Source: an uncultured Collinsella sp. (lineage in GTDB: Bacteria > Actinomycetota > Coriobacteriia > Coriobacteriales > Coriobacteriaceae). From it: a stretch of 64,000 bases of DNA. The number at the start of each line of letters is the position of its first letter. Positions within the stretch are counted from its first letter, which is position 1. Of this stretch, positions 9,632-20,009 are shown piece after piece. Both the position numbers and the translations under genes were made by a program. The notes beneath the pieces were generated by a model that searched no databases, was not told the origin of the DNA, and was given only the letters and a program-made list of their open reading frames with translations. The stretch lies in contig CAAELE010000029.1 of NCBI GenBank assembly GCA_900756765.1, positions 6,221 through 70,220 of the forward strand. The letters are read 5' to 3'.

Positions 9632-10990
9632 ATGGCAGCAACTGAGCAGCTGTTCAACGTTCGTGAGCGCAAGCGCTTTGAGCGTCACGACATCTGGGAA
9701 CGCATCGCCGAGAACGGCACGATTTCCGCCGCCGTCATGGTCTTCGCCGCCATCGCCGCCGTCATCTGCGCCAATACCGATGCCTACGAGGCCATCCATC
9801 ACTTTTTGGAGACCCCGCTGTATGTGGGTCTGGGCAACCTTACGGCCGGTCTCACCGTCGAGCTATTCGTCAACGACTTCCTCATGGCGATTTTCTTTTT
9901 GCTGGTGGGCATTGAGCTCAAGTATGAGATGACGGTCGGCGAGCTCAAAAACCCGCGCCAGGCCATGCTTCCCATGCTGGCGGCCGTGGGCGGCGTCGTT
10001 GTTCCCGCCTGCATCTACCTGATCTTTAACCATGCCGGCGCCCGCAACGGTTGGGCCATCCCCATGGCAACCGATATTGCCTTTGCGCTGGGCGTGCTGT
10101 CGCTTTTGGGCAACCGCGTGCCCAACGGCGTGCGCGTGTTCTTCTCGACGCTCGCCATCGCCGACGACCTCATCTCCATCGCCGCCATCGCCATCTTCTA
10201 CGGTCAGAGCCCCAATCCGTTTTGGTTGGGCGCCGCCGCGCTTGTGACCTGCGCGCTCGTGTGGCTCAACAAGACGCAGCATTACCGCCTTGCCCCGTAT
10301 TCGGTACTGGGCCTGCTGTTGTGGTTCTGCATGTTCAAGAGCGGCGTACATGCCACGCTTGCTGGCGTCATCTTGGCCTTTACCATCCCGGCCAAGTGCG
10401 GTGTTAAGCTCGACAGCCTTACCGATTGGTTGGGGGAGTGCCTGCCGCTGCTCGATGACCGCTACGACGACGAGGCGCACATCCTGGGCCAGCATGACTT
10501 TACCGTCTCGACCACCAAGGTCGAGCGCGTCATGCACCGCGTGACCCCGCCGCTCATCCGCATGGAGCGTCTGATCTCCACGCCGGTCAACTTTGTGATT
10601 CTGCCGATCTTTGCGTTCGTGAACGCACAGGTTCGCCTAGTGGGCGTGGACATGAGCACGCTACTCACCGACCCGGTGACGCTCGGCGTGTACTTTGGCA
10701 TGCTGCTGGGCAAGCCGATCGGTATCTTTGGCATGACGTTTGCCCTGGTTAAGCTCAAGATCTCCGAGCTGCCGCGCAATGTCAACTGGCACATGATTGC
10801 CGGTGTGGGCATTCTGGGCGGTATCGGCTTTACCATGTCGATCCTCATCAGCGGCCTTGCCTTCCCGACGGCCCAGTTTGAGGTTCTGGCCGCCAAGGCC
10901 GCTATTCTTGCCGGCTCTGTCACCGCGGCCGTACTTGGCATGATCTACATGAGTGTGATCTGCAAACACCCCGCGCCCAAGGACGAGTAA
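9632..10990 (+). CDS. nhaA: Na+/H+ antiporter NhaA
   Basis: NDFLMAIFF, GWAIPMATDIAF, LAIADD, GIGFTMS. Confidence 0.95.
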   Translation: MAATEQLFNVRERKRFERHDIWERIAENGTISAAVMVFAAIAAVICANTDAYEAIHHFLETPLYVGLGNLTAGLTVELFVNDFLMAIFFLLVGIELKYEMTVGELKNPRQAMLPMLAAVGGVVVPACIYLIFNHAGARNGWAIPMATDIAFALGVLSLLGNRVPNGVRVFFSTLAIADDLISIAAIAIFYGQSPNPFWLGAAALVTCALVWLNKTQHYRLAPYSVLGLLLWFCMFKSGVHATLAGVILAFTIPAKCGVKLDSLTDWLGECLPLLDDRYDDEAHILGQHDFTVSTTKVERVMHRVTPPLIRMERLISTPVNFVILPIFAFVNAQVRLVGVDMSTLLTDPVTLGVYFGMLLGKPIGIFGMTFALVKLKISELPRNVNWHMIAGVGILGGIGFTMSILISGLAFPTAQFEVLAAKAAILAGSVTAAVLGMIYMSVICKHPAPKDE

Positions 10991-11074
10991 GAGCGCGAAA
11001 ACCGGCTCCAGAACCGATTCGGGCGCGTTCAAAATGCGGATTCGGGTGGTGCTTGCCGCCTGCCAGACACGCCA

Positions 11075-11304
11075 GTGGTCAAAAAACGCCGTTTGTGAGT
11101 ACTGTCACAAACGGCGTTTCATTTTAGGTGCGGAAAATAATGAACAAAGTTATAAGAACTGTACGTTAATGAGTGACCATCGACTTCCAATTTGGCGCTA
11201 GCTGACGGTGATTGGGGAGTTTCAAGTCGAGTTTTGCCGATTTCGACCAAGAATCGCTGCTACTAAAAGGGTAACAGTACTCATATTTGCCCTTTTTTGG
11301 CCAC
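11075..11304. repeat. MITE-like element with imperfect terminal inverted repeats (copy A)
   Basis: Ends gtggtcaaaaaa...gagtactgtcac and gtaacagtactcatatttgcccttttttggccac; AT-rich interior; ends match 26934-27150. Confidence 0.6.
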
Positions 11305-11363
11305 AAGCCCTAAAACAAGCCTCGCCAAGGTCGGGAAACGGGCCAAATCGCCGGCCTCGAGGC

Positions 11364-11618
11364 TTATTCCACGGTGCCGTAGATGGCGCCCCAGCCGTGG
11401 GCGGCCAAGGCGGAGTTGAGCTGGTCACAAAGTGACTGGCGGTCGTAATAGCCGGGCGGTAGCAGGTTGACGATTTCCATGAGATCGGGGGCCAGGTCCA
11501 AGATTTCGGCCTGTACGATCAGATCCAGGCGGTCGATGGCGTGGCGGTCGTAAAACAGTCCGTCGACCAGGCGCTGCAGGTCGCCGAATTCCTCGGCTTG
11601 GAACGATCCGTACTCCAT
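11364..11618 (-). CDS. Small hypothetical protein
   Basis: MEYGSFQAEE... preceded by GGAGG; host-like codon usage. Confidence 0.65.
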   Translation of the reverse strand: MEYGSFQAEEFGDLQRLVDGLFYDRHAIDRLDLIVQAEILDLAPDLMEIVNLLPPGYYDRQSLCDQLNSALAAHGWGAIYGTVE

Positions 11619-11767
11619 AGTGCCTCCTTGGGCGCCCCACGCCGGCATGCGCGGCGATTCGTAATTCATTGCGATGGACTTAATCTATCACGGCTTCATA
11701 CCGTTGCAGCGGTGGCGGTCTATACTTAGACGAACTGCAACGTACCGCTTCGCGAAAGGTCGCACCC

Positions 11768-13072
11768 ATGCAGACGATCTACCAGAAGATGGAAACCACC
11801 GAACTCGATGCCGCCATCGAGGCGCTCAAAGCCGAGGTCGCCGAGGTCAAGGCCAAGGGCCTGGCGCTCGACATGGCCCGCGGCAAGCCGTCGCCCTCCC
11901 AGGTGGATATCTCGCGCCCCATGCTCGATATCCTCAATGCCGATGCCGATCTGCACGACGGCAACGTCGACTGCTCCAACTACGGCTGCTTTGAGGGCAT
12001 TCCCTCGGCGCGCAAGCTGGCGGGGGAGTTCCTGGGTTGCCCCGCCGAGCAGACACTCGTGCTGGGTTCGTCGAGCCTTTTGATCGAACACGACATCGCC
12101 GGCATGTTCTGGCGCTGTGGCTCGTGCGGCAGCGAGCCCTGGGAGGCTTACGAGGCTGCGCACGACGGCAAGAAGGTCAAGTTCCTGTGCCCGGTTCCCG
12201 GCTACGATCGCCACTTTGGCATTACCGCCGACTTGGGTATCGAGAACGTTCCCGTCGCGATGACCGACAACGGCCCCGATATGGACGAGATCGAGCGCCT
12301 CGTTGCCGCCGACGATTCCATCAAGGGCATCTGGTGCGTGCCCAAGTATTCCAACCCCACGGGCATCACCTTTAGCGGGGACACTGTGCGTCGCCTGGTC
12401 GAGATGCCCACGGCTGCGCCCGATTTCCGCATCTTCTGGGACAACGCCTACTGCGTGCACGACCTGTACGACGAGACCGACGAGCTCGCCAACATCTTCG
12501 ATCTTGCCCGCACGGCAGGCACCGAGGACCGCGTGGTGGCATTCGCCTCGACGTCCAAGATCACCTTCCCGGGTGCCGGTATCGGCTTTATCGGTGCGAG
12601 CCCCGCGGTTATCGCGGAGTTCTCCAAGCGCCTGAAGGCCGGCCTCATCAGCGCCGATAAGCTCAACCAACTGCGCCACGTGCGTTTCCTTCCCACCATC
12701 GAGGCGGTCAAGGAGCACATGAAAAAGCATGCCGAGTTCTTGCGCCCGCGCTTTGAGGCCGTTGAGCGCAAGCTCACCGAGGGCCTGGGCGAGACGGGCT
12801 GCGCTACCTGGACGCATCCTCGCGGCGGCTACTTTGTGAGCTTTGATGGTCCCGAGGGCTCGGCCCAAAAGGTCGCCGCGCTTTGTGCCGACCTGGGCGT
12901 CAAGCTCACGCCGGCCGGTGCTACCTGGCCCTATGGCAAGGATCCGCGCGACACCAACATCCGTATCGCGCCGAGCTATCCCACGGTCGAGGACCTGGAG
13001 GCCGCGCTCGATGTGCTGGTGCTGGCCGTTAAGCTCGTCGCTGCCGAGCTTGCGCGTGCCGAGCGCGCCTAA
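11768..13072 (+). CDS. Class I/II PLP aminotransferase (MocR-like/actinobacterial AspAT type)
   Basis: LDMARGKP, PGYDRHF, PKYSNPTG, WDNAY, STSKIT. Confidence 0.9.
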   Translation: MQTIYQKMETTELDAAIEALKAEVAEVKAKGLALDMARGKPSPSQVDISRPMLDILNADADLHDGNVDCSNYGCFEGIPSARKLAGEFLGCPAEQTLVLGSSSLLIEHDIAGMFWRCGSCGSEPWEAYEAAHDGKKVKFLCPVPGYDRHFGITADLGIENVPVAMTDNGPDMDEIERLVAADDSIKGIWCVPKYSNPTGITFSGDTVRRLVEMPTAAPDFRIFWDNAYCVHDLYDETDELANIFDLARTAGTEDRVVAFASTSKITFPGAGIGFIGASPAVIAEFSKRLKAGLISADKLNQLRHVRFLPTIEAVKEHMKKHAEFLRPRFEAVERKLTEGLGETGCATWTHPRGGYFVSFDGPEGSAQKVAALCADLGVKLTPAGATWPYGKDPRDTNIRIAPSYPTVEDLEAALDVLVLAVKLVAAELARAERA

Positions 13073-13123
13073 CGCGTGGCTTCCCGTACTATCCGCACTT
13101 TCGATACGTAAAGGAGCGTATAC

Positions 13124-13438
13124 ATGGATTTGGGTATTTCCACCAACCCCACGCCAGAGCTCTACACCATTAAGGTAACCGGCGAGATCGATATCTCTAA
13201 CGCCGATAGCCTGCGCAATGCCATCGACCTGGCGCTTGAGCAGCCCACCGAGGCCGTTGAGCTCGATTTTGCCCAGGCGAGCTACATCGATTCGACGGGC
13301 ATTGGCGTGCTCGTGGGCGCCGCGCACCACGCGGTCGACCACGGCAAGCGCTTTAGCTGCACCAATGTGCAGCCCCCGGTGATGCGCGTGGTCCAGCTGT
13401 TGGGTGTCGACCAGGAGATTTCGATCACCGCTGCATAA
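13124..13438 (+). CDS. STAS-domain anti-sigma factor antagonist
   Basis: GEID...YIDSTGIGVL motif. Confidence 0.88.
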   Translation: MDLGISTNPTPELYTIKVTGEIDISNADSLRNAIDLALEQPTEAVELDFAQASYIDSTGIGVLVGAAHHAVDHGKRFSCTNVQPPVMRVVQLLGVDQEISITAA

Positions 13439-13591
13439 TCTTTGCCCCCAAAAGGGCGTGCCGTTTGGCATATGTTTGTGATGCGCTCGGACGTTTTGGC
13501 GTCCGGGCGCTATACTTGACCGAATGAATAGACGAGTTCCGGCCGAATGGCGCGGTGCGGGCTCGACTCACATCGAGCCTTGGAGGTATGT

Positions 13592-14173
13592 GTGTTTGGT
13601 ATTGGAGAGGGTGAGCTCGCGATCATCGTGGTCTTCGGCTTTTTGCTGTTTGGCCCGGATAAGCTCCCACAGATGGGCCGCACGATCGGCCGTGCCATCC
13701 GTCAGTTCCGCGAGACGCAGGAAAAGATGACGGCCGTTGTTCAGTCCGAGATTATCGATCCGGTAAGTGAGGCCGCTTCGGCACCGGTCAAGCCCAAGAA
13801 GACTGCCGTCGATGACGATTCCGATGCGGACGAGGATGCCGCCGAGACGGCAGTGCCCGCCAAGAAGGAGACCTTTGCCGAGCGCCGTGCCCGCCTTGCC
13901 GCTGAGAAGGCTGCGAGCGAGGGTGCCGCCGAGGAGACGGAGGGCGCTGAGCCCGCCGCTGCTGAGTCCGCTGCCGATGCTGCCGAATCCGCACCCGAGC
14001 CCGAGCCTGCTGCAGAGCCGGAGTCCGAGCCCGAGCCGGCAGAGCCCACGACGGCTGACCTCTACGCCCGTCGTCCCCGCAAGCGCAAGGCCGTCGTCGA
14101 CCAGCTCGCTCGCGAGCTCGAGGCCGAGGACGACGCCGCTGCCGCCGACGCCCCGAAGGGAGGCGATGAGTAA
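13592..14173 (+). CDS. tatA: Twin-arginine translocase TatA/TatB subunit with long acidic tail
   Basis: GTG start after GGAGG; FGIG.GEL...LFGPDKLP; abuts tatC. Confidence 0.85.
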   Translation: MFGIGEGELAIIVVFGFLLFGPDKLPQMGRTIGRAIRQFRETQEKMTAVVQSEIIDPVSEAASAPVKPKKTAVDDDSDADEDAAETAVPAKKETFAERRARLAAEKAASEGAAEETEGAEPAAAESAADAAESAPEPEPAAEPESEPEPAEPTTADLYARRPRKRKAVVDQLARELEAEDDAAAADAPKGGDE

Positions 14174-14964
14174 TGCCTATCGGACCTGCGCGCATGCCGC
14201 TCTTCGATCACCTGGGCGAGCTCCGTCGCCGCCTGACCATCGTGGTCGTATCGGTGTTTGCCGCCGCTATCGTGCTGTATTTCGCCACGCCCGTGGTGCT
14301 CGACATCCTGGAAGACCCCATCCGCTCCTTTGTGCCGGACGGTAAGTTCTACATCACCACCACGCTCGGCGGCTTTGGCCTGCGCTTCTCGCTGGCCATC
14401 AAGATGGCCGTGGTCATGTGCACGCCCATGATCATCTGGCAGATCCTGGCGTTTTTCCTGCCGGCGCTTCGCCCCAACGAGCGCAAGTGGGTCGTGCCCA
14501 CGGTGCTCGCCTCGACGGTGCTGTTCTTCCTGGGCGCTATCTTCTGCTACTTCATCATTATCCCGGCAGGCTTTGAGTGGCTCATCGGCGAGACCTCGGC
14601 CGTCGCCACGGCGCTGCCCGATCTGGAGAACTACGTCAACATGGAGCTGCTCTTTATGATCGGCTTTGGTGTGGCGTTTGAGCTGCCGCTCATCATCTTC
14701 TACCTGTCCGTCTTCCACATCGTGTCCTACGCTGCTTTCCGCAGTGCCTGGCGTTATGTATATGTTGGCCTGCTTGTGGGCTCGGCTGTGATTACGCCCG
14801 ACGGCTCGCCCGTCACGCTGGGCCTTATGTACGGTGCCCTGCTTTCGCTCTACGAGATCTCGCTCGCCATCGCCCGCGTGGTCATTACCGCGCGCGAGGG
14901 CAAGGAGGGCCTGTTCGTGAGCCGTCTGGACCTGTTCTCGGACGACGAGGACGACGAGGAGTAA
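14173..14964 (+). CDS. tatC: Twin-arginine translocase TatC
   Basis: HLGELRRRL, PALRPNE, FELP, ITPD motifs. Confidence 0.95.
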   Translation: MPIGPARMPLFDHLGELRRRLTIVVVSVFAAAIVLYFATPVVLDILEDPIRSFVPDGKFYITTTLGGFGLRFSLAIKMAVVMCTPMIIWQILAFFLPALRPNERKWVVPTVLASTVLFFLGAIFCYFIIIPAGFEWLIGETSAVATALPDLENYVNMELLFMIGFGVAFELPLIIFYLSVFHIVSYAAFRSAWRYVYVGLLVGSAVITPDGSPVTLGLMYGALLSLYEISLAIARVVITAREGKEGLFVSRLDLFSDDEDDEE

Positions 14965-14970
14965 ATCGGT

Positions 14971-15327
14971 ATGCACGAGGTTGGCATTGTCAACGGCATA
15001 CTCGATACAGTGATTCGCGCGGCGCGTGGGGCGGGGGCCTCGCGCGCCGTTTTGGTAACGCTGCGTATCGGGGATATGACCGAGGTCGTGCGCGAGGCGC
15101 TTGACTTTGCGTGGGAGACGTTTCGCGACGAGGACCCGCTCACGCGAGGCTGCGAGCTTGCCGTGGAGGAGGTCCATCCACAAAGCGAGTGTCTGGACTG
15201 CGGCGAGGTTTTCGACCACGATCGTTTCCACTGTCGCTGTCCCCAGTGTGGTGGTGCCAACGTGCGCCTACTGCACGGCCGCGAGCTCGATATCGCGAGT
15301 ATCGAAATCGAAACCCCCGACGATTAG
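14971..15327 (+). CDS. hypA: Hydrogenase nickel metallochaperone HypA
   Basis: MHE N-terminus, two CxxC, GREL. Confidence 0.93.
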   Translation: MHEVGIVNGILDTVIRAARGAGASRAVLVTLRIGDMTEVVREALDFAWETFRDEDPLTRGCELAVEEVHPQSECLDCGEVFDHDRFHCRCPQCGGANVRLLHGRELDIASIEIETPDD

Positions 15328-15382
15328 CCCGCTAGCCATCTGGTGATGGGGTATAAAGGGGCCAAAGTAAGGAGCGCTAAGT

Positions 15383-16066
15383 ATGGCTGAGAAAACGATT
15401 GATATCGCGTCGCCGATTCTGTCGCGCAACGAGCGCCTGGCAGATCAGCTGCGTCAGCAATTTAATGAGACAAACACCTATGTGATCAATGTGCTGTCGA
15501 GCCCCGGTTCGGGCAAGACCACCACGATCCTGGGCACCAACGAGCGCCTGCGCGACAAGGCCGGCTTGCGCTGCGCCGTCATCGAGGGCGACATCGCCTC
15601 GGATGTCGACGCCATCACCATGAAGGAAGCCGGCATGCCCGCCATCCAGATCAACACGGGTGGCCTGTGCCACCTTGAGGGCAACATGATCATGGAGGCT
15701 ATCGATGCGTTCGACCAGGCCGTTGGTCTGGAGAACATCGACGTCATCTTTATCGAAAATGTGGGCAACCTGGTCTGCCCGGTCGACTTTGACCTGGGCG
15801 AGAACCTGTCCATCATGATTCTCTCGGTGCCCGAGGGCGACGACAAGCCCATCAAGTACCCGGGCATCTTCCAACACGCCGGCGCGCAGCTGCTCAACAA
15901 GGTCGACGTGGCCCCGGCTTTCGATTTTGACATGGATAGGTATACTAAGACACTCGATGACCTCAATCCGCAGGCGCCGCGGTTTGCCGTGAGCGCGCGC
16001 AAGGGCGAGGGCATGGATGCCTGGTGCGATTGGCTCATCGGGCAGATCGAGCAAGCAAGGGCGTAA
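15383..16066 (+). CDS. hypB: Nickel-incorporation GTPase HypB
   Basis: SSPGSGKT, CHL, ENVGNLVCP, EGDDKPIKYP, NKVD. Confidence 0.95.
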   Translation: MAEKTIDIASPILSRNERLADQLRQQFNETNTYVINVLSSPGSGKTTTILGTNERLRDKAGLRCAVIEGDIASDVDAITMKEAGMPAIQINTGGLCHLEGNMIMEAIDAFDQAVGLENIDVIFIENVGNLVCPVDFDLGENLSIMILSVPEGDDKPIKYPGIFQHAGAQLLNKVDVAPAFDFDMDRYTKTLDDLNPQAPRFAVSARKGEGMDAWCDWLIGQIEQARA

Positions 16067-16120
16067 ATCGGCCGCCATACGGGCGGGCGTAGCCGCAGAG
16101 ACACGAGATAGGAGCCTCTT

Positions 16121-18715
16121 TTGAAGCTCATCATCGCCGAGAAAAACGACGCCGCGCGTCAGATCGCCGAGCGTCTGTCTACGGGCAAACCCAAAAAGGA
16201 CAAGGTGTACAACACCGCCATCTACCGTTTTGAGTGGAAGGGCGAGGAGTGCGTGACGATCGGTCTTGCCGGTCACATCCTTGCGCCCGATTTTTGCGAC
16301 AGCGTGCTGTTCGATAAAAAGCTGGGCTGGTATTCGGTCACCGAGGACGGCGAGATGCTGCCGGCCGACATGCCCGATGGCCTGGCTCGTCCGCCCTACG
16401 ACACCAAGCGCAAGCCGTTTCTTGCCGACGGTATCTCCATCAAGGGTTGGAAGCTCGAGAGCCTGCCGTATCTCACCTGGGCGCCCGTCATTAAGCTGCC
16501 GGCCGAGAAGGAGCTCATCCGCTCGCTTAAGAACCTCGCTAAAAAGTCCGACAGCGTCATCATCGCCACGGACTTCGATCGCGAGGGCGAGCTGATCGGT
16601 TCGGACGCTCTCAACAAGGTGCGTGAGGTGGCACCCGACTTGCCGGTTGCCCGCGCCCAATACTCTTCATTTACCAAGGCCGAGATCACGCAGGCCTTCG
16701 ATAATCTCGTCTCGCTCGACCAGAACCTGGCCGACGCTGGCGAGAGCCGTCAGCACATCGACCTTATCTGGGGCGCGGTGCTCACGCGCTATCTGACGCT
16801 CGCCAAGTTCGGCGGCTTCGGCAACGTGCGCTCCGCCGGCCGCGTGCAGACACCGACGCTTGCCCTGGTGGTCGAGCGCGAGCGCGAGCGCATGGCGTTT
16901 GTGCCCGAGGACTATTGGCAGATTCGCGGCATGGGTGCTGCGCAGGGCGCTGCCGAGGATGATCGCTTTAAGATCGCGCACAAGACAGCGCGTTTTACCG
17001 ACAAGGATGCTGCCGAGACGGCGTATGGTCACGTCGACGGCGCCAGGACGGCGACCGTCGCCGCGGTGACCAAGCGCTCGCGCAAGCAGCAGCCGCCCAC
17101 GCCGTTCGCGACCACCTCGCTGCAGGCAGCCGCCGCGGCCGAGGGCATATCGCCTGCGCGTACCATGCGCATCGCCGAGTCCCTCTACATGGCGGGTCTC
17201 ATCAGCTACCCGCGTGTCGACAACACCGTGTACCCCGCGACGCTCGATCTGGGCGCCGTGGTGAGCGACCTGGCAAAGATCAACCCGGCGCTGGCGCCCG
17301 TGTGTAAAAAGGTACTCGCTGGTCCCATGAAGCCCACGCGCGGTAAAGTCGAGACCACCGACCACCCGCCTATCTATCCCACGGGCGAGGGTGATCCGTC
17401 CACGCTCGACGGTGGCCAGCGCAAGCTCTACGACCTCATCGCCCGCCGCTTCCTAGCGACGCTTATGGGCCCCGCGACCATCGAGAACACCAAGCTCGAG
17501 CTCGACGTCAACGGTGAGCCGTTCGTGGCTTCGGGCGATGTGCTCGTGACCCCGGGTTTCCGCGAGGCGTATCCGTATGGACTCAAGCGCGATGAGCAGA
17601 TGCCGCCGCTGGAGCAGGGCGATACGGTCGACGTGTTCGACATTAAGCTCGAGGCCAAGCAGACCGAGCCGCCCGCTCGCTACAGCCAGGGCAAGCTCGT
17701 GCAGGAGATGGAAAAGCGCGGCCTGGGCACCAAGTCCACGCGTGCGAGCATCATCGAGCGCCTGTATGCCGTGCGCTATCTCAAAAACGACCCCGTTGAG
17801 CCGAGCCAGCTGGGCATCGCCATTATCGACGCGCTGACGCAATTTGCCCCGCGCATCACGAGCCCCGATATGACCAGCGAGCTCGACGGCGATATGACCC
17901 GCGTCGAGCGCGGCGAGGACACCGAAGAGCATGTCGTGACGCACTCGCGCGCGCTGCTGGCCGGCGTGCTCGACGAGCTGCTCAAGCACACGCAGGAGCT
18001 AGGCGACGCCATCAGCGACGCCGTCACGGCCGATGCGCGTGTGGGCGCTTGCCCCAAGTGCGGCAAGGACCTGGTTATGAAGACGAGCGCCAAGACCCGC
18101 GGCAGCTTTATCGGCTGCATGGGCTGGCCCGACTGCGATGTGACCTATCCGGTGCCGAGCGGCGTCAAGGTGAGCCCGCTCGAGGGCGAGGCGGCCGTGT
18201 GCCCCGAGTGCGGCGCGCCGCGCATTAAGTGCCAGCCGTTCCGCCAGAAGGCCTTCGAGATTTGCGTGAACCCAACGTGCCCCACCAACTACGAGCCCGA
18301 CCTTAAGGTGGGCGAGTGCAAGGTGTGTGCCGAGGCCGGACGCCATGGCGATCTGATTGCGCACAAGAGTGAGAAGAGCGGCAAGCGCTTTATCCGCTGC
18401 ACCAACTACGATGACTGCGGCGTGAGCTATCCGCTGCCGGCGCGCGGCAAGCTCGAGGCGACGGGCGAGACTTGCCCCGAGTGCGGCGCTCCCATCGTGG
18501 TGGTCAACACGGCGCGCGGTCCGTGGCGCATCTGCGTGAACATGGACTGCCCGACCAAGGAGAAGAAGCCCGCCCGCGGCCGCAAGACTGCGACCAAGGC
18601 GAGCACGGCGAAGAAGACCACGGCAGCAAAGAAGACTTCGACCGCCAAGAAGTCGACTGCCAAGAAGGCTACCGCGAAAAAGACGACCACCAAGAAGCCA
18701 GCTGCCGACAAGTAG
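16121..18715 (+). CDS. topA: DNA topoisomerase I (zinc ribbons, Lys/Ala/Thr-rich tail)
   Basis: IAEK, ATDFDREGE, SAGRVQTP, ISYPR, GLGTKSTR. Confidence 0.95.
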   Translation: MKLIIAEKNDAARQIAERLSTGKPKKDKVYNTAIYRFEWKGEECVTIGLAGHILAPDFCDSVLFDKKLGWYSVTEDGEMLPADMPDGLARPPYDTKRKPFLADGISIKGWKLESLPYLTWAPVIKLPAEKELIRSLKNLAKKSDSVIIATDFDREGELIGSDALNKVREVAPDLPVARAQYSSFTKAEITQAFDNLVSLDQNLADAGESRQHIDLIWGAVLTRYLTLAKFGGFGNVRSAGRVQTPTLALVVERERERMAFVPEDYWQIRGMGAAQGAAEDDRFKIAHKTARFTDKDAAETAYGHVDGARTATVAAVTKRSRKQQPPTPFATTSLQAAAAAEGISPARTMRIAESLYMAGLISYPRVDNTVYPATLDLGAVVSDLAKINPALAPVCKKVLAGPMKPTRGKVETTDHPPIYPTGEGDPSTLDGGQRKLYDLIARRFLATLMGPATIENTKLELDVNGEPFVASGDVLVTPGFREAYPYGLKRDEQMPPLEQGDTVDVFDIKLEAKQTEPPARYSQGKLVQEMEKRGLGTKSTRASIIERLYAVRYLKNDPVEPSQLGIAIIDALTQFAPRITSPDMTSELDGDMTRVERGEDTEEHVVTHSRALLAGVLDELLKHTQELGDAISDAVTADARVGACPKCGKDLVMKTSAKTRGSFIGCMGWPDCDVTYPVPSGVKVSPLEGEAAVCPECGAPRIKCQPFRQKAFEICVNPTCPTNYEPDLKVGECKVCAEAGRHGDLIAHKSEKSGKRFIRCTNYDDCGVSYPLPARGKLEATGETCPECGAPIVVVNTARGPWRICVNMDCPTKEKKPARGRKTATKASTAKKTTAAKKTSTAKKSTAKKATAKKTTTKKPAADK

Positions 18716-18745
18716 CCGAGCACATATCCGAGCACATATAGACAC

Positions 18746-18790
18746 GGTGGGGCCGGGCGCGCAAATGCAAATGCGCGCCCGGCCCCACTT
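18746..18790 (+). terminator. GC-rich hairpin after topA
   Basis: gtggggccgggcgcgca ... tgcgcgcccggccccac. Confidence 0.6.
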
Positions 18791-18861
18791 CTAAGTTGCG
18801 GTGAAATAGGGACTGTTTTTGCTGGTAAAAGGCCTAATCAATCCCTATTTCACCGCAAGTT
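18791..18861. repeat. ~70-bp REP-like hairpin element (copy 1)
   Basis: Arms ttgcggtgaaataggga / tccctatttcaccgcaa; related copies at 21081 and 61449. Confidence 0.8.
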
Positions 18862-18878
18862 TTGATCAGTTGTTGGGA

Positions 18879-19826
18879 TCACTTCACCTCGACGGGTGCG
18901 CCGCCGGGGTAGCGGTCCTCAAAGTCCAGACGGTATTTGTTGTCGTTGGTGCCCGCTACGTTGTCGCGCGCCAGCGGCGCCACGATCTCGTCCTTGTGGT
19001 TGGCGGGGCTGGAGTACTCAAGGCTGATCTCCCAGGCATCGCAAATCACGTCGATGCGGTTCTCCAGATCGTCGTAGAGCGTGATGATGTCTTTCCACGA
19101 GCTGTAGTTCTGCGAGTCGATGGGAACATCCAGGTCCTCGACCTCGTCCTTCAGGTCGTCGATCTGATCCTCGAGCGCCTCGGCGGCATCGCTGGCCGAC
19201 TGACGCGAGCTGCGGTCATCCTTGAGATAGTACGTGTTAAACGTGGTGGCGCAGTCGCGAACCTGCTGATCAAGATCGGAGAGCCTGCTGTAGTAGGAGC
19301 TCAGCTGGTCGTAGACGTTCTGCTCGCTGATGGTGGCGGCATCGTGGGCGTCATCGTCATCATCGTCAAGCTTGTTGGGGTCGCCCTTGACGGACACATC
19401 GTCGTCATCGTGGTCGATCTTGACCTTCTCGATGGTTGTGCCCTTGGAATCGTCGGCGTTCTTGTTGAACGGTCCGATCATAAAGAATGCGACCAGCGCG
19501 ATAATCACGACGACCAGCACGGCGATGATGCCGATAAACAGAGCGTTGTTGGTTTTGGGCGCGGCGGGAGCACCGGCCTGCGGAGCGGCGGTCGGTATGG
19601 GCTGCTGCGGCGCGGAGCCGGCTGGCGTCGCCCATTGCTGCGTCGCGCCAGCTTTCGGCTGGGGAGCGGGCGCGGGCTGATGGGCGGACTGCACGGTCAC
19701 GTCCGCCTGCGCATCCTCTTGCGACTGAGAGGCCTGGCCATCACCGGTTACCGGCGTTCCGCAGCTGGTGCAAAAACGCTCGTCGTCATTCAGAAGCTTG
19801 CCGCAATGGGTACAAAACCGGGGCAT
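18879..19826 (-). CDS. Zinc-ribbon membrane protein
   Basis: FCTHCG...FCTSCG, Pro/Gln linker, one TM helix, acidic extracellular domain. Confidence 0.8.
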   Translation of the reverse strand: MPRFCTHCGKLLNDDERFCTSCGTPVTGDGQASQSQEDAQADVTVQSAHQPAPAPQPKAGATQQWATPAGSAPQQPIPTAAPQAGAPAAPKTNNALFIGIIAVLVVVIIALVAFFMIGPFNKNADDSKGTTIEKVKIDHDDDDVSVKGDPNKLDDDDDDAHDAATISEQNVYDQLSSYYSRLSDLDQQVRDCATTFNTYYLKDDRSSRQSASDAAEALEDQIDDLKDEVEDLDVPIDSQNYSSWKDIITLYDDLENRIDVICDAWEISLEYSSPANHKDEIVAPLARDNVAGTNDNKYRLDFEDRYPGGAPVEVK

Positions 19827-20009
19827 GATGGTTCCTTCCACTCGATGTGTTGGCTAGATTATAAGGTGGTTCAGGTGCGGTTGGGCCGCGCCGACCCAAC
19901 TGGTTATGTGAGGACAGTCGTGCCGCGCAAGTCCTGTCGCATGCGTCACAATGGGTGCGGCATGCTGGGTGTCCGGCGCGGCCGTTTATCGACGGCTCGG
20001 TAGAATGCG

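Noticed and set aside
18716..18739. 12-bp tandem duplication ccgagcacatat after topA
   Set aside because: Two copies only; likely replication slippage.
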